From contig CM059432.1 in NCBI GenBank assembly GCA_030390025.1, positions 125,180,001 through 125,244,000 on the forward strand: a stretch of 64,000 bases of DNA, read 5' to 3'. The notes beneath the pieces are model-generated. The model saw nothing but the letters and a program-made list of their open reading frames with translations. It had not been told where the DNA came from and did no database searches. A program made the translations under genes and the position numbers. Shown here piece after piece: positions 24,841 through 38,201 of the stretch (its first letter is position 1; the number at the start of each line of letters is the position of its first letter). The stretch is from Squalus acanthias. Taxonomy: Eukaryota.

Positions 24841-26057
24841 AATACATTTTTTCTTTGTACTAGGAGAAAAGACTACGATTGAACGTATTACTTTTCTGTG
24901 GGTTGAGATGCTTCTTTTAATGATAAACCAGAGTTGTTACCTTCAGGGAAATGTCAGAAGTAACATTCATTATCAGCAAGATTGACCTAAGTTTTAAAAA
25001 CTCATTTAAACCGAAGGAGCTGTGTTTATTTTTAAGAGTGATCTACAGCAAAATATTTTTAAATCAAAGTGAGTGATTATTACTTCTAATGAGTGACATT
25101 TAACAGGCCTGAATAAGCATACGGTGCTGTTTTACTATATTTAATGTGCATCAGGTTTTAAAAGAAAACTATTTACTTACAGACTAAGCCTCTGACCAAG
25201 ACAGAATTTAGACATTTTTCACGAGTGGTTGCTTTTATTCTGATGAGGATAAAGATTTACAAAGAATTCTTAAACATAGACCAGACTTTCTCTTTTGGTA
25301 GAATTGGGACACATTTCCAGCTTGTCGGAACTTTCGCCTGTCAGTAAGACGTGCCTCTGACCCCAGCTAATCTTCCACTCTCAAGATCGTTAACATATTT
25401 TTGACGGTCTCCTCAGCGTCTGCCTCGAGTAGGGACGGAGTTTTACTTTTTATTTGGTTGATTGAAAATTTAAACTAATTCAGTGAAATCCTTCACCTGA
25501 ACTGTTTTTGTTTCATGTTGCTCTTTATGTATAAGCTAACACACAGATGTAAAGCTTTATTGATTTTAAAAGCACAAAGCAAGATAATCGTGCAAAGCTA
25601 AATTTAGGTTAAAAGATCCTGGAGACTTATGCTCAGCATATAATTTTGCCTCTGAAAGAGCTGCACTGATACTGTGCGTCCATGGGGACAATTTTAACCC
25701 ATCCCCGCCCGGCGGGGAAAGGGCAACCACGGTTAAAATCACCTCTTATAAACTTACTGGCTCATTTCTGATCGATTCATACCCGTCGCCACCCTAACTG
25801 GGTCCTTTTTTTTTAGGTGGCCAAGGCAGCCATCTGACTAGAGTGGGAGCCTCATTAATACATGGAATTCGGGGTCCTGTGATATGATTGGGAACCCAGT
25901 GGCATTTTGTTCGCCGATTGAACGGGACGCCCACTCAGTGAAACCTGGTCTGTTGAAAGAAGAGCCCCTATAAGGTTTATTAAACTTTCATTTGTGGGGC
26001 CGAGAGGAGGCAGATTGTCGTAGCTTTGGCAGGAGGCTGGGGAAAGGCCAGAAATTA

Positions 26058-26524
26058 AGAAGAAAGAAAGACTTGCATTTATATAGCGCCTTTCATAACC
26101 ACCGGACGTCCCAAAGCACTTTACAGCCAATGAAGTACTTTCTGAAGCGTAGTCACTGTTGTAATGTAGGAAACACGGCAGCTAATTTGCGCACAGCCAG
26201 CTCCGACAAATAGCAATGTGATAATGACCAGATAATCTCTTTTAGTGATGTTGATTGAAGGACAAATACTGGCCAGGACACCGGGGATAACTCCCCTGCT
26301 CTTCTTCGAAATAGTGCCATGGGATCTTTTGCGTCCACCTGAGGGAGCAGACGGGGCCTCAGTTTAAAGTCTCCTCCGAAAACTGGCACCTCCGACAGTG
26401 CAGCACCCCCTCAGCCCTGCACCGGAGTGTCAGCCTAGATTTTTGTGCTCAAGTCTCTGGAGTGGGATTTGGACACTTAAACTCAGGGGCAAGGGTGCTA
26501 CCAACTGAACCACAGCTGACACCG
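26058..26524 (-). mobile_element. Deu-domain tRNA SINE (SacSINE1-like), full-length
   Basis: Reverse complement of the 12582-13052 copy at high similarity, with a (CTTT)n tail. Confidence 0.88.
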
Positions 26525-26617
26525 AGTTGTGTCCATGTTTCTGGGATGGTCTTATGAGGGTGAAGCCTGCTGCTTAGAATCCTACCATTGTAAGAAGGTC
26601 AGGGCTAGGGAGACATG

Positions 26618-27123
26618 GGGGGAGAAATTCAGAATCGCCCTATTTGGGGCGTAATTATCGGCCGGGCGCAAAGATTAGCGCCTGGCGCTAATTATCGCCA
26701 CCGACTGCAAACTTGACTTTTATCGCCCTTGGAGGTGATTGGAGCGCTAAATCAGGCGCTTCACACCTGTCTTAAGGCGCAAAGGCCGAGGAGCGAGGCA
26801 CTACCTCAGAATGCTGGCGAAGCTCATGTGATGTCAGTCAGCAATGGAACACAGACAGAATGGCGTGGGCCAGTTCTTAAAGGGGAGAGCTGATCTTGCT
26901 TTCCATCCACATCCTGCTCATTGCAGCCTTGAATCTCGGCCTGGAGAGACCTGCACATCAAATCTGCTGGAAAGAACAATGGAGAGTACCAGGGAAAGAG
27001 CTCAGAGTGCAGCCCCCACAGTCTCTTCTAAATCGTTACAAGGAAGGGCAAATCAAAATGAACCTGCAAAGTGCTGCTCAGTACCCAAAACTCCTTCACA
27101 CAGCGTTGAATCTCTCCAGAAGT

Positions 27124-27186
<63 letters not shown>

Positions 27187-27542
27187 AATGCGTGATTCTA
27201 CAATGTCACCAACAATAAAAGGCAGGAAGCGGTCACCTTTAAATAGCGCTCCCCAGTCCCTTCCTGACTGCAAAACGCTCCCCTCAACCTGTCGTTGCAA
27301 GCGGCAGGCGGTAAGGCAGGGAGCGCCACTCAATATCCGCTCCGGGGCGTTGCGCACTCGACTGACGTCACGATCTGCCGGCGCAGGAGATCGTGGCGGT
27401 AGTGTTTAGCGCCGCCGCAAAATGTCTAGTTAATTTCGCGAGCGGCGCAAACATCGCCGCACCCGGGCGCTAGACGCTTTGCGCCCCATTAGCGCCCTCT
27501 TAAGGCGCTAATGGGAGGTGCAACCAACTGAATTTTTCCCCC
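26618..27542 (+). mobile_element. Non-autonomous PIF/Harbinger-type element, copy 1 (contains (TC)n)
   Basis: TIRs GGGGGAGAAATTCAG / CTGAATTTTTCCCCC, TSD ATG. Closely similar to copies at 28638 and 44484. Confidence 0.88.
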
Positions 27543-28637
27543 ATGGACTCTGAACATTGGGAGTTCCATGCCCAGGCCTTCACAGGCACCCAACATATGA
27601 TCAGCGCAGCATACCAACTGATTCACTGGTATCCAGCTGGAGGTTCAGGCCAGGACCTCCCAAGATTTGGCAATTTAACAAAAATTTAAAGGGGTTGCTA
27701 TGACTTTTCCGACGTGGCAGTTACATTGAACTTTCCAGCTTCTTTCATATGTTGGGCGCCCCAGATTTCCCCCGACTATTGGGGAACCTGCTCCTGACCC
27801 CATAAAGTTTGCAGAGATTCCCAGTGAGCACGATCCTAATGTAAGTGCCAGGATTGCAGCCCCAGGGATTTTTGGGGCCTAAGTGTTTAACACTGTTTTA
27901 TTTCCTTTCCAATTACATTACATACTTTCATTATTATGTAAAACATCTCTCCTCAAATTCAGTTTTGTGCCCCAATCCAATTGCATTCCATCAAAAATAA
28001 TAATCCAATCACATTTTGGCAAAAAAAAACCCTCCAAGATGTAGCTGCCATGACAGTTCATCATCACCTCAATATGTGTTGCTAAAATGAAATGTATAAC
28101 TTCATTACTGCATAAAACATATACACCAGAAGAAATTCACAAACATGCCTATAAACTTGGGCCCACCCTCGCTTCCATAATAAGCACAGCACACCCCACC
28201 AGTCTTGTGAATATCCTGGGCTTTGTGTGTACCTGCTGCACCCCCCCCCCCCCCCATTTCACAATTGCTGCCCACACAACTGAGTCCCCACATTCAGAGA
28301 CCTGATATTAAGGCCCCAGTGAACACAAGCCACATGTGCAAGAGCCTATTTCCAAAGTAAAATACTACAATTTCTACAAAGTACCTACTGCAGTGTACTC
28401 TCTCCTGCTCACTGGAATCATTCCTGCTCGCTGGGGGGGGGGGGGGGTGGTGGTAAAGGAGGGGGAGTGAAAAGAATTGAGAGTAAAGGGAAAAGAAGTA
28501 AAAGAACGCCAAACAGGAGAAGGGTAAAGCAGAAGAGCAAAAAGAGGCAGGAGATAAAAATAAAATAAAAAGATTTTAGAGAGAGAGAAAAAAGAAAGTG
28601 AAAAGGAAACAAAAGTGAAGGAAGGGCAGGAGAGAAA

Positions 28638-29147
28638 GGGGGAGAAATTTGGTATCGCCCCGTTTAGGGCGCAATTATCGGCCGGGCGCAAAGTTTAGCG
28701 CCTGGCGCTAATTATCGCCTCTGACTGCAAACTTGGCTTCTATCGCCCCTGGAGGTGATTGGAGCGCTAAATCAGGCGCTACACACCTCTCAAGGCGATA
28801 ACGCCGAGGAGCGAGGCGCTACCTCAGAGCGCTGGCAAAGCTCATGTGATGTCAGTCAGCAATGGAGCACAGACACACTGGCGCCGGCCACTTCTTATAG
28901 GGGAGGGTCAATCTTGTTCTCCATCCACACCCTGCTCATTGCAGCCTTGAATCTCAGCCTGGAGAGACCTGCACATCAAATCTGCTGGAAAGAACAATGG
29001 AGAGGCTCAGGGAAAGAGCTCAGAGTGCAGCCCCCATAGTCTCTTCAAAATAGATGCAAGGAAGGTCAAATCAAAATGAACCTGCAAAGTGCTGCTCAGT
29101 ACCCAAAACTCCTTCACACAACGTTGAATCTCTCCAGAAGTGTGTGT

Positions 29148-29188
<41 letters not shown>

Positions 29189-29515
29189 AATGCGTGGTGC
29201 AAAAATGTCACCGACAAAAAAAGGCAGGAAATGGTTGCCTTTAAATAGCGCTTCACCAGTTCCTTCCCGACTGCAAAACACTCCCCTCAACCTGTCGTTG
29301 CTAGCGGAAGGCAGGGGGCGCCACTCAATATCCGGTCCGGGGCGTTGCACGCTCGACTGACGTCACGATCTGCCGGCGCAGGAGATCGTGGCGGTAGTGT
29401 TTAGTGCCGCCGCAAAATGTCTGGTCAATTTCGCGATCGGCGCGCTCGGGTGCTAGTTGCTTTGCGCCCTCTTAGGGCGCTAACGGAGGCGCAAAGCAAC
29501 TGAATTTTTCCCCCC
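28638..29515 (+). mobile_element. Non-autonomous PIF/Harbinger-type element, copy 2
   Basis: Same TIRs and interior as copy 1, TSD AAA. Confidence 0.88.
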
Positions 29516-30841
29516 AAAGAGTCTATTTTTTGCATTTACTGGTATCAAAGTATTTAGCTAGAGGGACTTTAAAGGCTATAACAATTTTTTGGTGCGTCTA
29601 GGCCTGACAATTGAAACGGTGGGGCCAGCTGGGAAAAATTGGAGAACTACCAACAACCTTGATATGCACAGGAGTCCTTCTCTGAAGAAGAAGCTCACAA
29701 CCTTATTTACTTCAGGCAGAGACTGGAGGGAAACAGAGAAATGTGAATAGTTGATTAAAAATTCTTGAATTTAGTAGGTGAGAAATAAAGGGTGGGCGTT
29801 AGAGGTGCCAAAAAAAAACCTGTTCTGTTTAATTGAATTGCATTGAAGCCGTGGGTCCAGTGGCACACAACAGCAGAAAGTTAGAGACAGACAGAGGCTG
29901 AGCAGATATGGAGAGATGGATTGAGCACACAAGATGAACACACACTGAATTAGGGATCGACGGAGAAACCAGAGAGAGGTAGGAAGAGAAAGTGCCATAG
30001 AAACTGCAGGAAAAGAGAAAAGGAAGGAAAGGAGAAGAAAAATAGTACATAAACTGCAGAGAGATAATTGGGGAGGGGAAGAAAATATTACAGAAACTGT
30101 AGAGAGGCAGACCGAGAAACATATCCAGAGAGGGAAGAAGATATAATAGAAACTGTAGAAACAAGAAAAAGGGAAAGAAATGATCAAAACCACAACTAGA
30201 ATACAGAAATCAAAGAGAAAATATTACATAAATTAGAGGGGGGAAATAATATTACCAAAGGATAGATACAGAAATCATCCATGTTACTTAACTTGAATAG
30301 TTTGTATTCCACAAGACATCATACATTTAGGCTGTATGTTTTGTTTTGATTAGTATAGTAATTTTGGGGGGCTTTTGGGTGACTTTTAATGTCCATTGGG
30401 CTACAAATTTTATAAAGATCTGGGAACACTGATTTCAGCAGTGCGGCAACTGGAAGAGAGGAAAGATGAGAGAGACAGATAAAAGGCGTTGAAGAGAGAG
30501 GGAGAGAGAAATTCACAGTAGTTGGTGAGGAGAAATAGAGACCCCCCTCTTGGAGTCCCTATTCATGATGGGGCAGGGAGTGAGTGACCCTGTTGATCAA
30601 GGGCAAAGAGTGGAGAGAGAGAAACTGTTGAGAGGGGAAACATTTCTTGAGGAAGGGCTTCTTTGGCTCTACTGGCTGCATGAGGGTCAGTTGCTGTTGG
30701 GACTTTATGGACCCACACCATCTTTCTCAACATGAGCAACATCATGGGAGATCCACAAGCAAAGAAAAATGGAATATTGTTGCCAAAAGCAGCCTGTAAT
30801 GCTATATGCCTTCAAGTCCTGTAGCGACATTGGGTGATAAT

Positions 30842-31234
30842 GGAACAGTGGCGTAGTGGTTATGTTACTGGACTAATAATCCTGAGGTCTGGACTAATGA
30901 TGGCGACATGAGTTCAAATCCCACCATGGCAGCAGGGGAATTTAAATTCAATTAAATAAATCTGGAATTAAAAGTTAGTATCAGTAATGTTGACCATGAA
31001 AGTTTTTACTAAGGTAAAAACTCATCTGGTCCACTAATGTCCTTTAGGGAAGGAAATCTGCCGTCCTTACCTGGTCTGGCCTATATGTGACTCCAGACCC
31101 ACAGCAATGTGGTTGACTGCCCTCTGAAATGGCCCAGCAAGCCACTCAGTTGTTCAAGGGCAATTAGGGATGGGCAATAAATGCTGGCCTTGCCAGTGAT
31201 GCCCACATCCCGTGAACGAATAAAAAAAAAAAAA
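30842..31234 (+). mobile_element. tRNA-derived SINE (second family) with 3' tail shared with the LINE at 5630, 39335 and 49230
   Basis: A box gtggcgtagtgg and B box gagttcaaatcc. Tail agggcaattagggatgggcaataaatgctggccttgccagtgatgcccacatccc followed by poly(A). Confidence 0.82.
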
Positions 31235-31799
31235 TCATAGTCCTTCATCTCGCTGCCTCAAAATCACAACCCTTGATCAGCCAACCATTATAAAAGTATA
31301 TTCTCCATTAAAAAAAACACTTTGGTATATATTACAAGTATCTGGGAGTCAGTTACAAGTCTGTAATTCAGTGACCTTAGCTTCACTCTTGTGGTTTTTG
31401 GCATTATTTGAATCACAATGGATGTACTGCTTCGTAGCTTATTCTCAGATATGTCATTCTTGTGTTAAAAATAATTAGGTTATACAGTTATAGTTTATAC
31501 TTTGCAATCTAGTTAAAGAATAATGTTCATAAAGACATATTACTTGTACTGGATTTCTTGTTTTCATTCTATTTATATTATTTAATATTGCAATTTCATT
31601 GAATACATAAATTAATTATTATTCCTGATAGTTAATATGCTTATGGTCTGAAAAGTTGCAGGGATTTCAGTACTGAAATAACTAGTCTACAGCTCGTTGT
31701 CTGTGTGTATATATATATTAACTGAATAATGTCACTAAATTGATCTGTATTACATTTTCCATTAGAAGTATGTGATTGTTCTAAAATTAGATTGTCACT

Positions 31800-32125
31800 A
31801 GCTGTCAACCGTGGCTCGGTGGGTAGCACACTCTCTTCTGAGTCAGAAGGTCGAGATTTCAAGTCTCCACTCTAAGGACTTGAGCATAAAATCTAGGCTG
31901 ACACTCCAGTGCAGTACTGAGGGAGTGCTGCTCTGTCAGAGGTGCCATTTTTCAGATGAGACATTAAATTGATGCCCTGTCTGCCCTCTGGGGATGTGAA
32001 AGATGCAAGGGCACTATTTTGAAGAAGAGCAGGGGAGTTCTCCTCCATTTCCTGGCCAATATTTATCTCTCAACCAAAAATAGACTAACTGGTTATTATC
32101 ACATTGCTGTTTGTGGGACCTTGTC
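31800..32125 (+). mobile_element. Deu-domain SINE, 3'-truncated
   Basis: ccgtggctcggtgggtagcac...tccagtgcagtactgagggagtgctg, aligns to the 12582 copy. Confidence 0.8.
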
Positions 32126-32170
32126 CCAGCCAACGTGATTTGACAACATTTGAAAATTTAAAGATAACAT

Positions 32171-32252
32171 GATAACGTGGCTGAGCGGTCTAAGGCAATG
32201 AGTTAAGGTTCCAGTTTCTGCAGGGGCGTGTGTTTGAATCCCACCGTGGCGC
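32171..32252 (+). pseudogene. tRNA-Leu(AAG)-derived pseudogene
   Basis: Colinear over 82 nt with the recalled vertebrate tRNA-Leu-AAG (GGTAGCGTGGCCGAGCGGTCTAAGGCGCTGGATTAAGGCTCCAGT...GAATCCCACCGCTGCCA), about 80% identical by eye. Acceptor stem and B box (GTTTGA) are damaged. Confidence 0.75.
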
Positions 32253-32264
32253 TGCAAGCTTTAT

Positions 32265-32465
32265 GATGTGGAACTTGATACCACAAGGGGTAGTTGAGGC
32301 GACTAGCATAGATGCATTTAAGGGGAGGTTAGATAAACACATGAGGGAGAAAGGAGTAGAAGGATATGTTGATGAGGTTAGATGAAGAAGGTGGGAGGAG
32401 GCTCATGTGGAGCATAAACACCGGCATGGATCTGTTGGCCTGTTTCTGTGCTGTAAATACTATGT
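32265..32465 (+). mobile_element. CR1 3' end fragment just upstream of the exon D acceptor
   Basis: gtggaact...ggggtagttgaggc...gatgcatttaagggg...ggcctgtttctgtgctgta, typical of a CR1 3' UTR. Confidence 0.65.
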
Positions 32466-32490
32466 AATAGTTTGATTTTTGTTTCCCTAG

Positions 32491-32643
32491 GGCTTTGGAG
32501 CTGCAGCCATTTTCTGTAAAACCTCTTTTGCGACGCGCCATGGCCTATGAATCCCTAGAGCGATATCGCCAAGCTTATGTGGATTATAAAACTGTTCTTC
32601 AGGTGGATAATAGGATCCAGCTTGCAAATGACAGTGTCAACAG
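32491..32643 (+). CDS. SPAG1: SPAG1 coding exon D: ALELQPFSVKPLLRRAMAYESLERYRQAYVDYKTVLQVDNRIQLANDSVNR
   Basis: Acceptor gtttccctag, donor AG|gtgagg, 153 nt, phase 2-2. Very close to recalled human ALELHPFSMKPLLRRAMAYETLEQYGKAYVDYKTVLQID. Confidence 0.97.
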
Positions 32644-33291
32644 GTGAGGACAATTACATTTAACTAGTGTAAAAGTTTTAGACAATTATTTTTTGTTAGG
32701 TGTATAGAAAATAAAAAGTAAATACTTTCTGTATACTTTTATAGTTTTTAATCACCCAACACAAGTTTTACTGTACTTTGCCTAAATATTTTGTTTGCAC
32801 TTTCCTCATTCAAGAAAAATGAAGAGTCATCCTTACAAGATGATAGTGTGTTGGTATATTTATATATTTAAATAACAAGCAGGCTTTTAAACCACGTTGC
32901 CCTCATTCATCTGCAATTTCCACGAGGTTTTACCTGATCTTTTACCATAACTTGGGCAGAAGATTGGTGGAACCCTGGGAGCAATGGCGTAAACAGCAAA
33001 AACGCATGTTTACACTGTTTCCAGGATTTCTGCCTATCTGCTGCCAAAGTTACAGTGGGAGATAAAGAGAACCCTGTGGAAATTCAGAGCCGTTGTATTT
33101 AAGTCTAAATTATTTTAGTGGAACACTTAAATTTATTATGATGTTTGCGCCCAGAACACACAGTTGTCGTGCCCACCATAATTGATTCAGAAAAGTAAAC
33201 GATGTCAGCAAAGTGGATTATCCAGTAGAATATAGTTTATTCGAAACTGCAACTACAAATTTGGTACATAGCAATTATGAAAATAGATACA

Positions 33292-33981
33292 GGGCTGAAT
33301 TTTAATGGGGAAGGTGGGGTGGGAGCTGGGGGGATTTGCATGGGAAGCCTCTGTTTCCCACCCGCGGCCAGCCAAATTGAGAGGGTAGGCCTGCCGCACT
33401 AGGCTGCAGAGAGGAGAGAGGGAGGGATCGCGGGGGGCCGGGGAGTAGCTGGAGGAGCGGGGAGGGATCGCAAGAGAATCGGGAGCCAGCCGGAGGAGCG
33501 GGTGGGCATCAGAAGCAGCTCAGCGGCCTGGAGGAGTGGGGGGGAGCCGGGGGAAGGAGGAGCAGGAGGAGGAGACCTCGTGGGTGGATTGGAGGCCTGA
33601 GAGTGGGAGGCCTCATGGGGGGATCGGAGGCCTAGTGGGGGGGTCTCCGATCGCAGGGTTGGGTGAGGCAGGGACCCTGGATCCAGGAGTTCAGTGTAAA
33701 GGCCTTGCCTTGCCTTGTAGCTGGCGGGATTCACAAGACGTGCAAAACCCGACCAGCTAAAGTTAAATTCAAAATAAAGGTTAAAGCAGAGGCTTCCACC
33801 CTCATTATAATTTTTAAATAGATGACCCGCCTCCTGGCAGCGGATTGGCTGCCCGTCCCACCTCCGTTAAAACCAGAAGTGGGTGGGTTGAAGGCGTCTT
33901 TGGATTGGGATTCAGAATTTTAACACTGTAACTACCCACATGCCCCCAACCCACCAGTTTTTTTAGATTAAAATTCCCCCC
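33292..33981. mobile_element. GC-rich MITE (Harbinger-like); related copies near 50180-50740, 59850-60388 and 61805-62270
   Basis: Termini GGGCTGAATTTTAAT / ATTAAAATTCCCCCC. A shared subterminal motif (ttttaacggaggc..gg, cccaacccaccagtttt) recurs in the other copies. Confidence 0.55.
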
Positions 33982-36900
33982 ATAAAATACAACAAGTAAT
34001 GAGCAGCAAAAATTATTCCCTGTGCCACAGAATGTAGGATGGGAGGTCATACCCTGATTTTCCAGACTGTCATTTCCTGATCTCAGCCATGCCACTGTAG
34101 GAGAAACTGTGTTAAGACAGGTCAGGCACTTCCCTAAAAGAGGACACTGTGAAATGACTAATTGAAGTTTTCCAGATTATGAAGGCCAGGCAAATGCTAA
34201 ACAAAATATCAACTTAGGAGTAAGAAAGGAAGTTAGGTGGAACCTTTTTACACAAAAGCTAATGAAGTGTGCAGTTAATTACCAAGGAAAGCTGTTGAAG
34301 TAGACACTATAATAATGTGTTTTGCAGACAATTGAATATGTTTCTGGAAAGAGAAGGGACTGAAGGATATGATGATAAGGTGGAGAGATCCACCAAAAAG
34401 AGACAACCTGGTTGAGCCTAGTGGCCTTTTCTGTTTTCTAAAACTTCTTTTCAATTCTTATGTGAGGGAAAATTGGAAGGCTATTTGTCAGTGGTATCTT
34501 TGTTGCAACAACTAGAGGCATATCCATAGGGGCATAAAGGCATATCCTGCTCCAGCAAATTATTTAATCTCCTAAATATTTTGAGATCTAACCATTTTCC
34601 GTTAGGTATTTTCTGAATGTTCCAACTAAGAATACCTCAGAAGACGGCATATGCTTTGCATGTGCATTTTTAATCCTTTAAATGTAGGCTATCTGTTAAT
34701 TTTGCCTTGATGTTTCTCCCAATTTAGTTTCCCTAGACCACATGCCCACTAATGCACTAATGGCAAGAGGTTGGTTATATGATGCTCCAGACCTCTGCCT
34801 ATGCCACACTTACTCAGCTACTTGGAGATGTTCAAGACCATCCTAGTAAGAACTCTTGCTCTAAATCCCCCCTCCCCCAGTATGGGTAGATGTCTGGTCT
34901 CTGCTTGACATTTCTCCATAACACTGCAGCTGAGTTCAGAAGCTTTGTGAACCTATTTGAACTGCATCTCATCACTCAACGGCACACTGCTTTGGTGCTT
35001 CAAAATGTTACCTTATTTTAACATTTTATTTTCTGTTGCAATTTCCTCAGCTAATGTCTCTGCAAAAGTGAAAGTAAATAGCAAGGAAGCTGCTGAGTAA
35101 GAGAGCAGAGAGAAGTCCGCAACAGTGGCCATTTCCCCATTCAGTTGGCTATGAAAAACTGCCCCTAATAAACTGGGGGTTTCACCATTTTTGTGAATTT
35201 TGTGCTCATCAAAGTCAGGGATGTAGTACTAGGGAACGGAACACTTTCCATTTAAGAATCCCAGTGTCAGTATCGAGCATTCCCAGTTCAAGGAAATGGA
35301 GCACCTTCCACTTCGGGCACCCAACGGCCAGGCAGTTAAAATCATACGTGGGATGCACCTGCCAATGTCCCACGCGGAACACATAGTTTACGATTTTAAT
35401 CTGCTCTTTTGAGCAGGCAAGAAGGACATCCGTTGGAAACCGGGGGTTCTTCTTTAAATGTGCAGATTGGGCTCGGGGCCCGATTGCTATTTTAACCAGA
35501 TACCTGCGCAAGAAAGCTGTTGCAGTCTTCCTGCCAGCCTAGCCTAGCAGGAAGAGGAGTAGGGCCAGAAGAGACCCAAAATGTTATTTTTTTTTTTTAA
35601 CTCTTTTTGACTTTCCTGGTGGGGCCAGAGAGAGCAAGGAAGATACTGTGTTTAAACCTCCCCTCCCCGATAGCTAGGCCCACCCAAATGTCCTCCCCGC
35701 AACTTAACCAGAGTGTCGGGTACTGTTCCATTGGTCCTTAGTGGTCTGTCTCCTGCCACCAGTTACCACTCCCTCCAGGTTCAGGCAGGAAACTGAGGTG
35801 ATGCAGATAAGGCCTAGGAGTTAAAATCTCCCAGGCCTCACGCTGCCACGGTCGGGACGCTTTGCCGTCCACCTCGGCCTCCGCCAGCTGATTCCCGCAA
35901 CAAGTTAAAATTTAAGGCTCCAGTGTCAACGTCAAGCATTCACACATCATTTGAAATGGAATACTTTCCATTTCGTACACCCTGAGAGCAAGCTTAGACT
36001 TCTGCCCGAAACGAATGCAAAGACAGCAGAGCGGCCGCACTGCACTACCCAAATCCAGCATCGGGTTGAGCCGTCATTTCAATGCCACTGGCACAAAACA
36101 GATATTCCGTTGCAGCTCACTGATTGTGGGAGGGCAAGAAATCACCCAGCATTCTTGTTCCTGCTGGCCTGACAAAAATAAAAATGAAAAATTTCTTTGG
36201 CCAAAAAGTTTCTTTTTGAATGGTCTGCTATTTATACCTAATAGATGCAGTTGAAGTCCTACAACCGACGTAGGACCCTGACTCACATATTTATTTAAAC
36301 AGCCTCCTGCCATAAACAGGCAGGCGTGCTGCTTGCCCATTTACAGCCTTGCCTAAAAATTGGATTGTGAGCTTTGGGCATCAATGGGGCGGCCAAGGTG
36401 CCCCAACCCCCCATTTTCAGGTGAGAAACAGATCGAAGGGGGTCCCTGTGACTTAAATAAGTGGCTGGAGGGAGGTTCGGGAGGGTCTCATGGTCAGGGT
36501 AGGGGGAGAAGCCAGGGGCTGGGTTGGCCTGACCCTTTCCTGGACCGTGTCCATAATTTTGACTAGAAAAGGCAACATTGTAGCCCACAGCAACAGGAAC
36601 AGCGCTGAGACAATCGACAGTGTAAACATTAAATCTGGAATAAACTGTACCAGAAATGAAAGCGAACAGTCGGCTGAAAGTGAGCCTTGCATGTAAAGAT
36701 TGAACTTCTTTCAAATAATGAGGAAAAGCATAGCTACAATAGGTGAGCTAATATTGTTTCCTATTGAGTCGCCACATATAAATAGTATACCAAACTTTAA
36801 TTATAAAGAACAGAAAAAGGAAGTACCATGAAACTGAAACGCACATGTTATCAATTTGAGTTGATGCTTTTTCTGGTTTTCTCTTCCTCGGTCTATTCAC

Positions 36901-38201
36901 AGATCTCTTTCTTTTTCTGTCTGTCTGTCTCTATCTCTCATTTTCTTTCTCTCTCTCTCTGGTCAGGCAAGTGCTTGAGATGCACTTGTTGTGGCACTTA
37001 TGCCCAACTGACCCATACAGATGAGTTGCCCTCCTACTGTGTGCAAACTCCAATAGGGTCAGTGCTGGACAATAGTCAGGTGTGATCCCAGGGTAAACAT
37101 GGGAATTGCATGCCAAGGAATTTCAGGAGCACAGTCTGTCTTTCTCCCATGTGCACATGCATTCTCTCTCTCTCTCCTTTTTTGCACACTCTTGTTCTCT
37201 CCGTCTCTTGCCTGTTCTCTCTTGCTCACATGTACACACACAGTCCATGATTTTTTCCACAGATATTGCCAAATATGAATAGTTACTTTGGCACTATCCT
37301 CGGTTTGGTAGCCCAACACACGGGAATAATAGGAGGATTGTTGAGGAGAAAGTCTAGAGCTTTGACCTGTTTAAATCTGGTAGTTATTTTTTTCATGATC
37401 GGTCTGCAAGAATTCATTATTTGTTGGCACCATAGGAATGCATTTAAAAAAATCATTGTGCGGTCGCTTTTATCTTTATTTGTAGCCTGGGTTTATGTTG
37501 CAGGCTGACATGCTGTAAGAGACATTGATTTAAATTGTTTATGGTGGTGCTGCAACTTGTCTACTTTCAAGATCTGGTTGCAGATCTTTTAGACATGTAT
37601 TTGACAAAGTCCTGGAAATAAGTAAGGGGTTGGTGGAGCAATGAGAAAACAAGACAAAACACATATGTACTTGATGAAATCAATGAGCATGCATCTATTA
37701 TTAGGCTTGTGGTTAGAAAAGATTGCCTAGGCGAATATCAACTGTTGGCTGCCTTGTTTCCACTGGAAAAAGGGGCGTTCAGCAGTTGAAAATCGTTGCC
37801 CACCCCTGACTGCCCGAGGCCTGTATGATGTGGTTTTTGAGGTGAGCCTGTAAAAGAACTGATGTGCTCTCTCCTAAAACAGGCAGGAGCCTTACTTAAG
37901 CCAAAAAAACCTTCACAGATGTATCTGAGAATCTGGGAGCCCTTCCCCTGAGGCTGCTACTCATCAGATATCTTGCACTTGTCCTCCCTGCTGTTGAAAA
38001 ATTGATGTAACCCTTTAACTAGCTGCAGCCTTTTAAAGGCTGCTGCGGAATTCATTTTTCCTCTCTCCTAATGGCAGGACAGTATTCATGCTCTTAGCCT
38101 ACCCTGCATTGATAATAAATAGTCCAGAGTGAAGTTCAGCAGGTTAGCAGTGAACAGGTGGAAGTCCCATCCCGCTACTAATGGGCACATTTCTGTACAC
38201 A

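Noticed and set aside
26844..27218. Recurrent 90-125 aa ORFs in the three MITE copies
   Set aside because: Frames and stops differ between copies and they run through the (TC)n tract. Recurrence reflects repeat copy number, not coding constraint.
29771..30240. Hydrophobic minus-strand ORFs resembling membrane proteins
   Set aside because: They are the reverse complement of GA-rich low-complexity sequence.
35261..35982. Diverged ~60-bp direct repeat (ccagtgtca...gcatt...gaaatgga...ttcca.ttcg..caccc) at about 35261 and 35920
   Set aside because: It flanks MITE-like sequence and is probably an old local duplication. No function can be supported.
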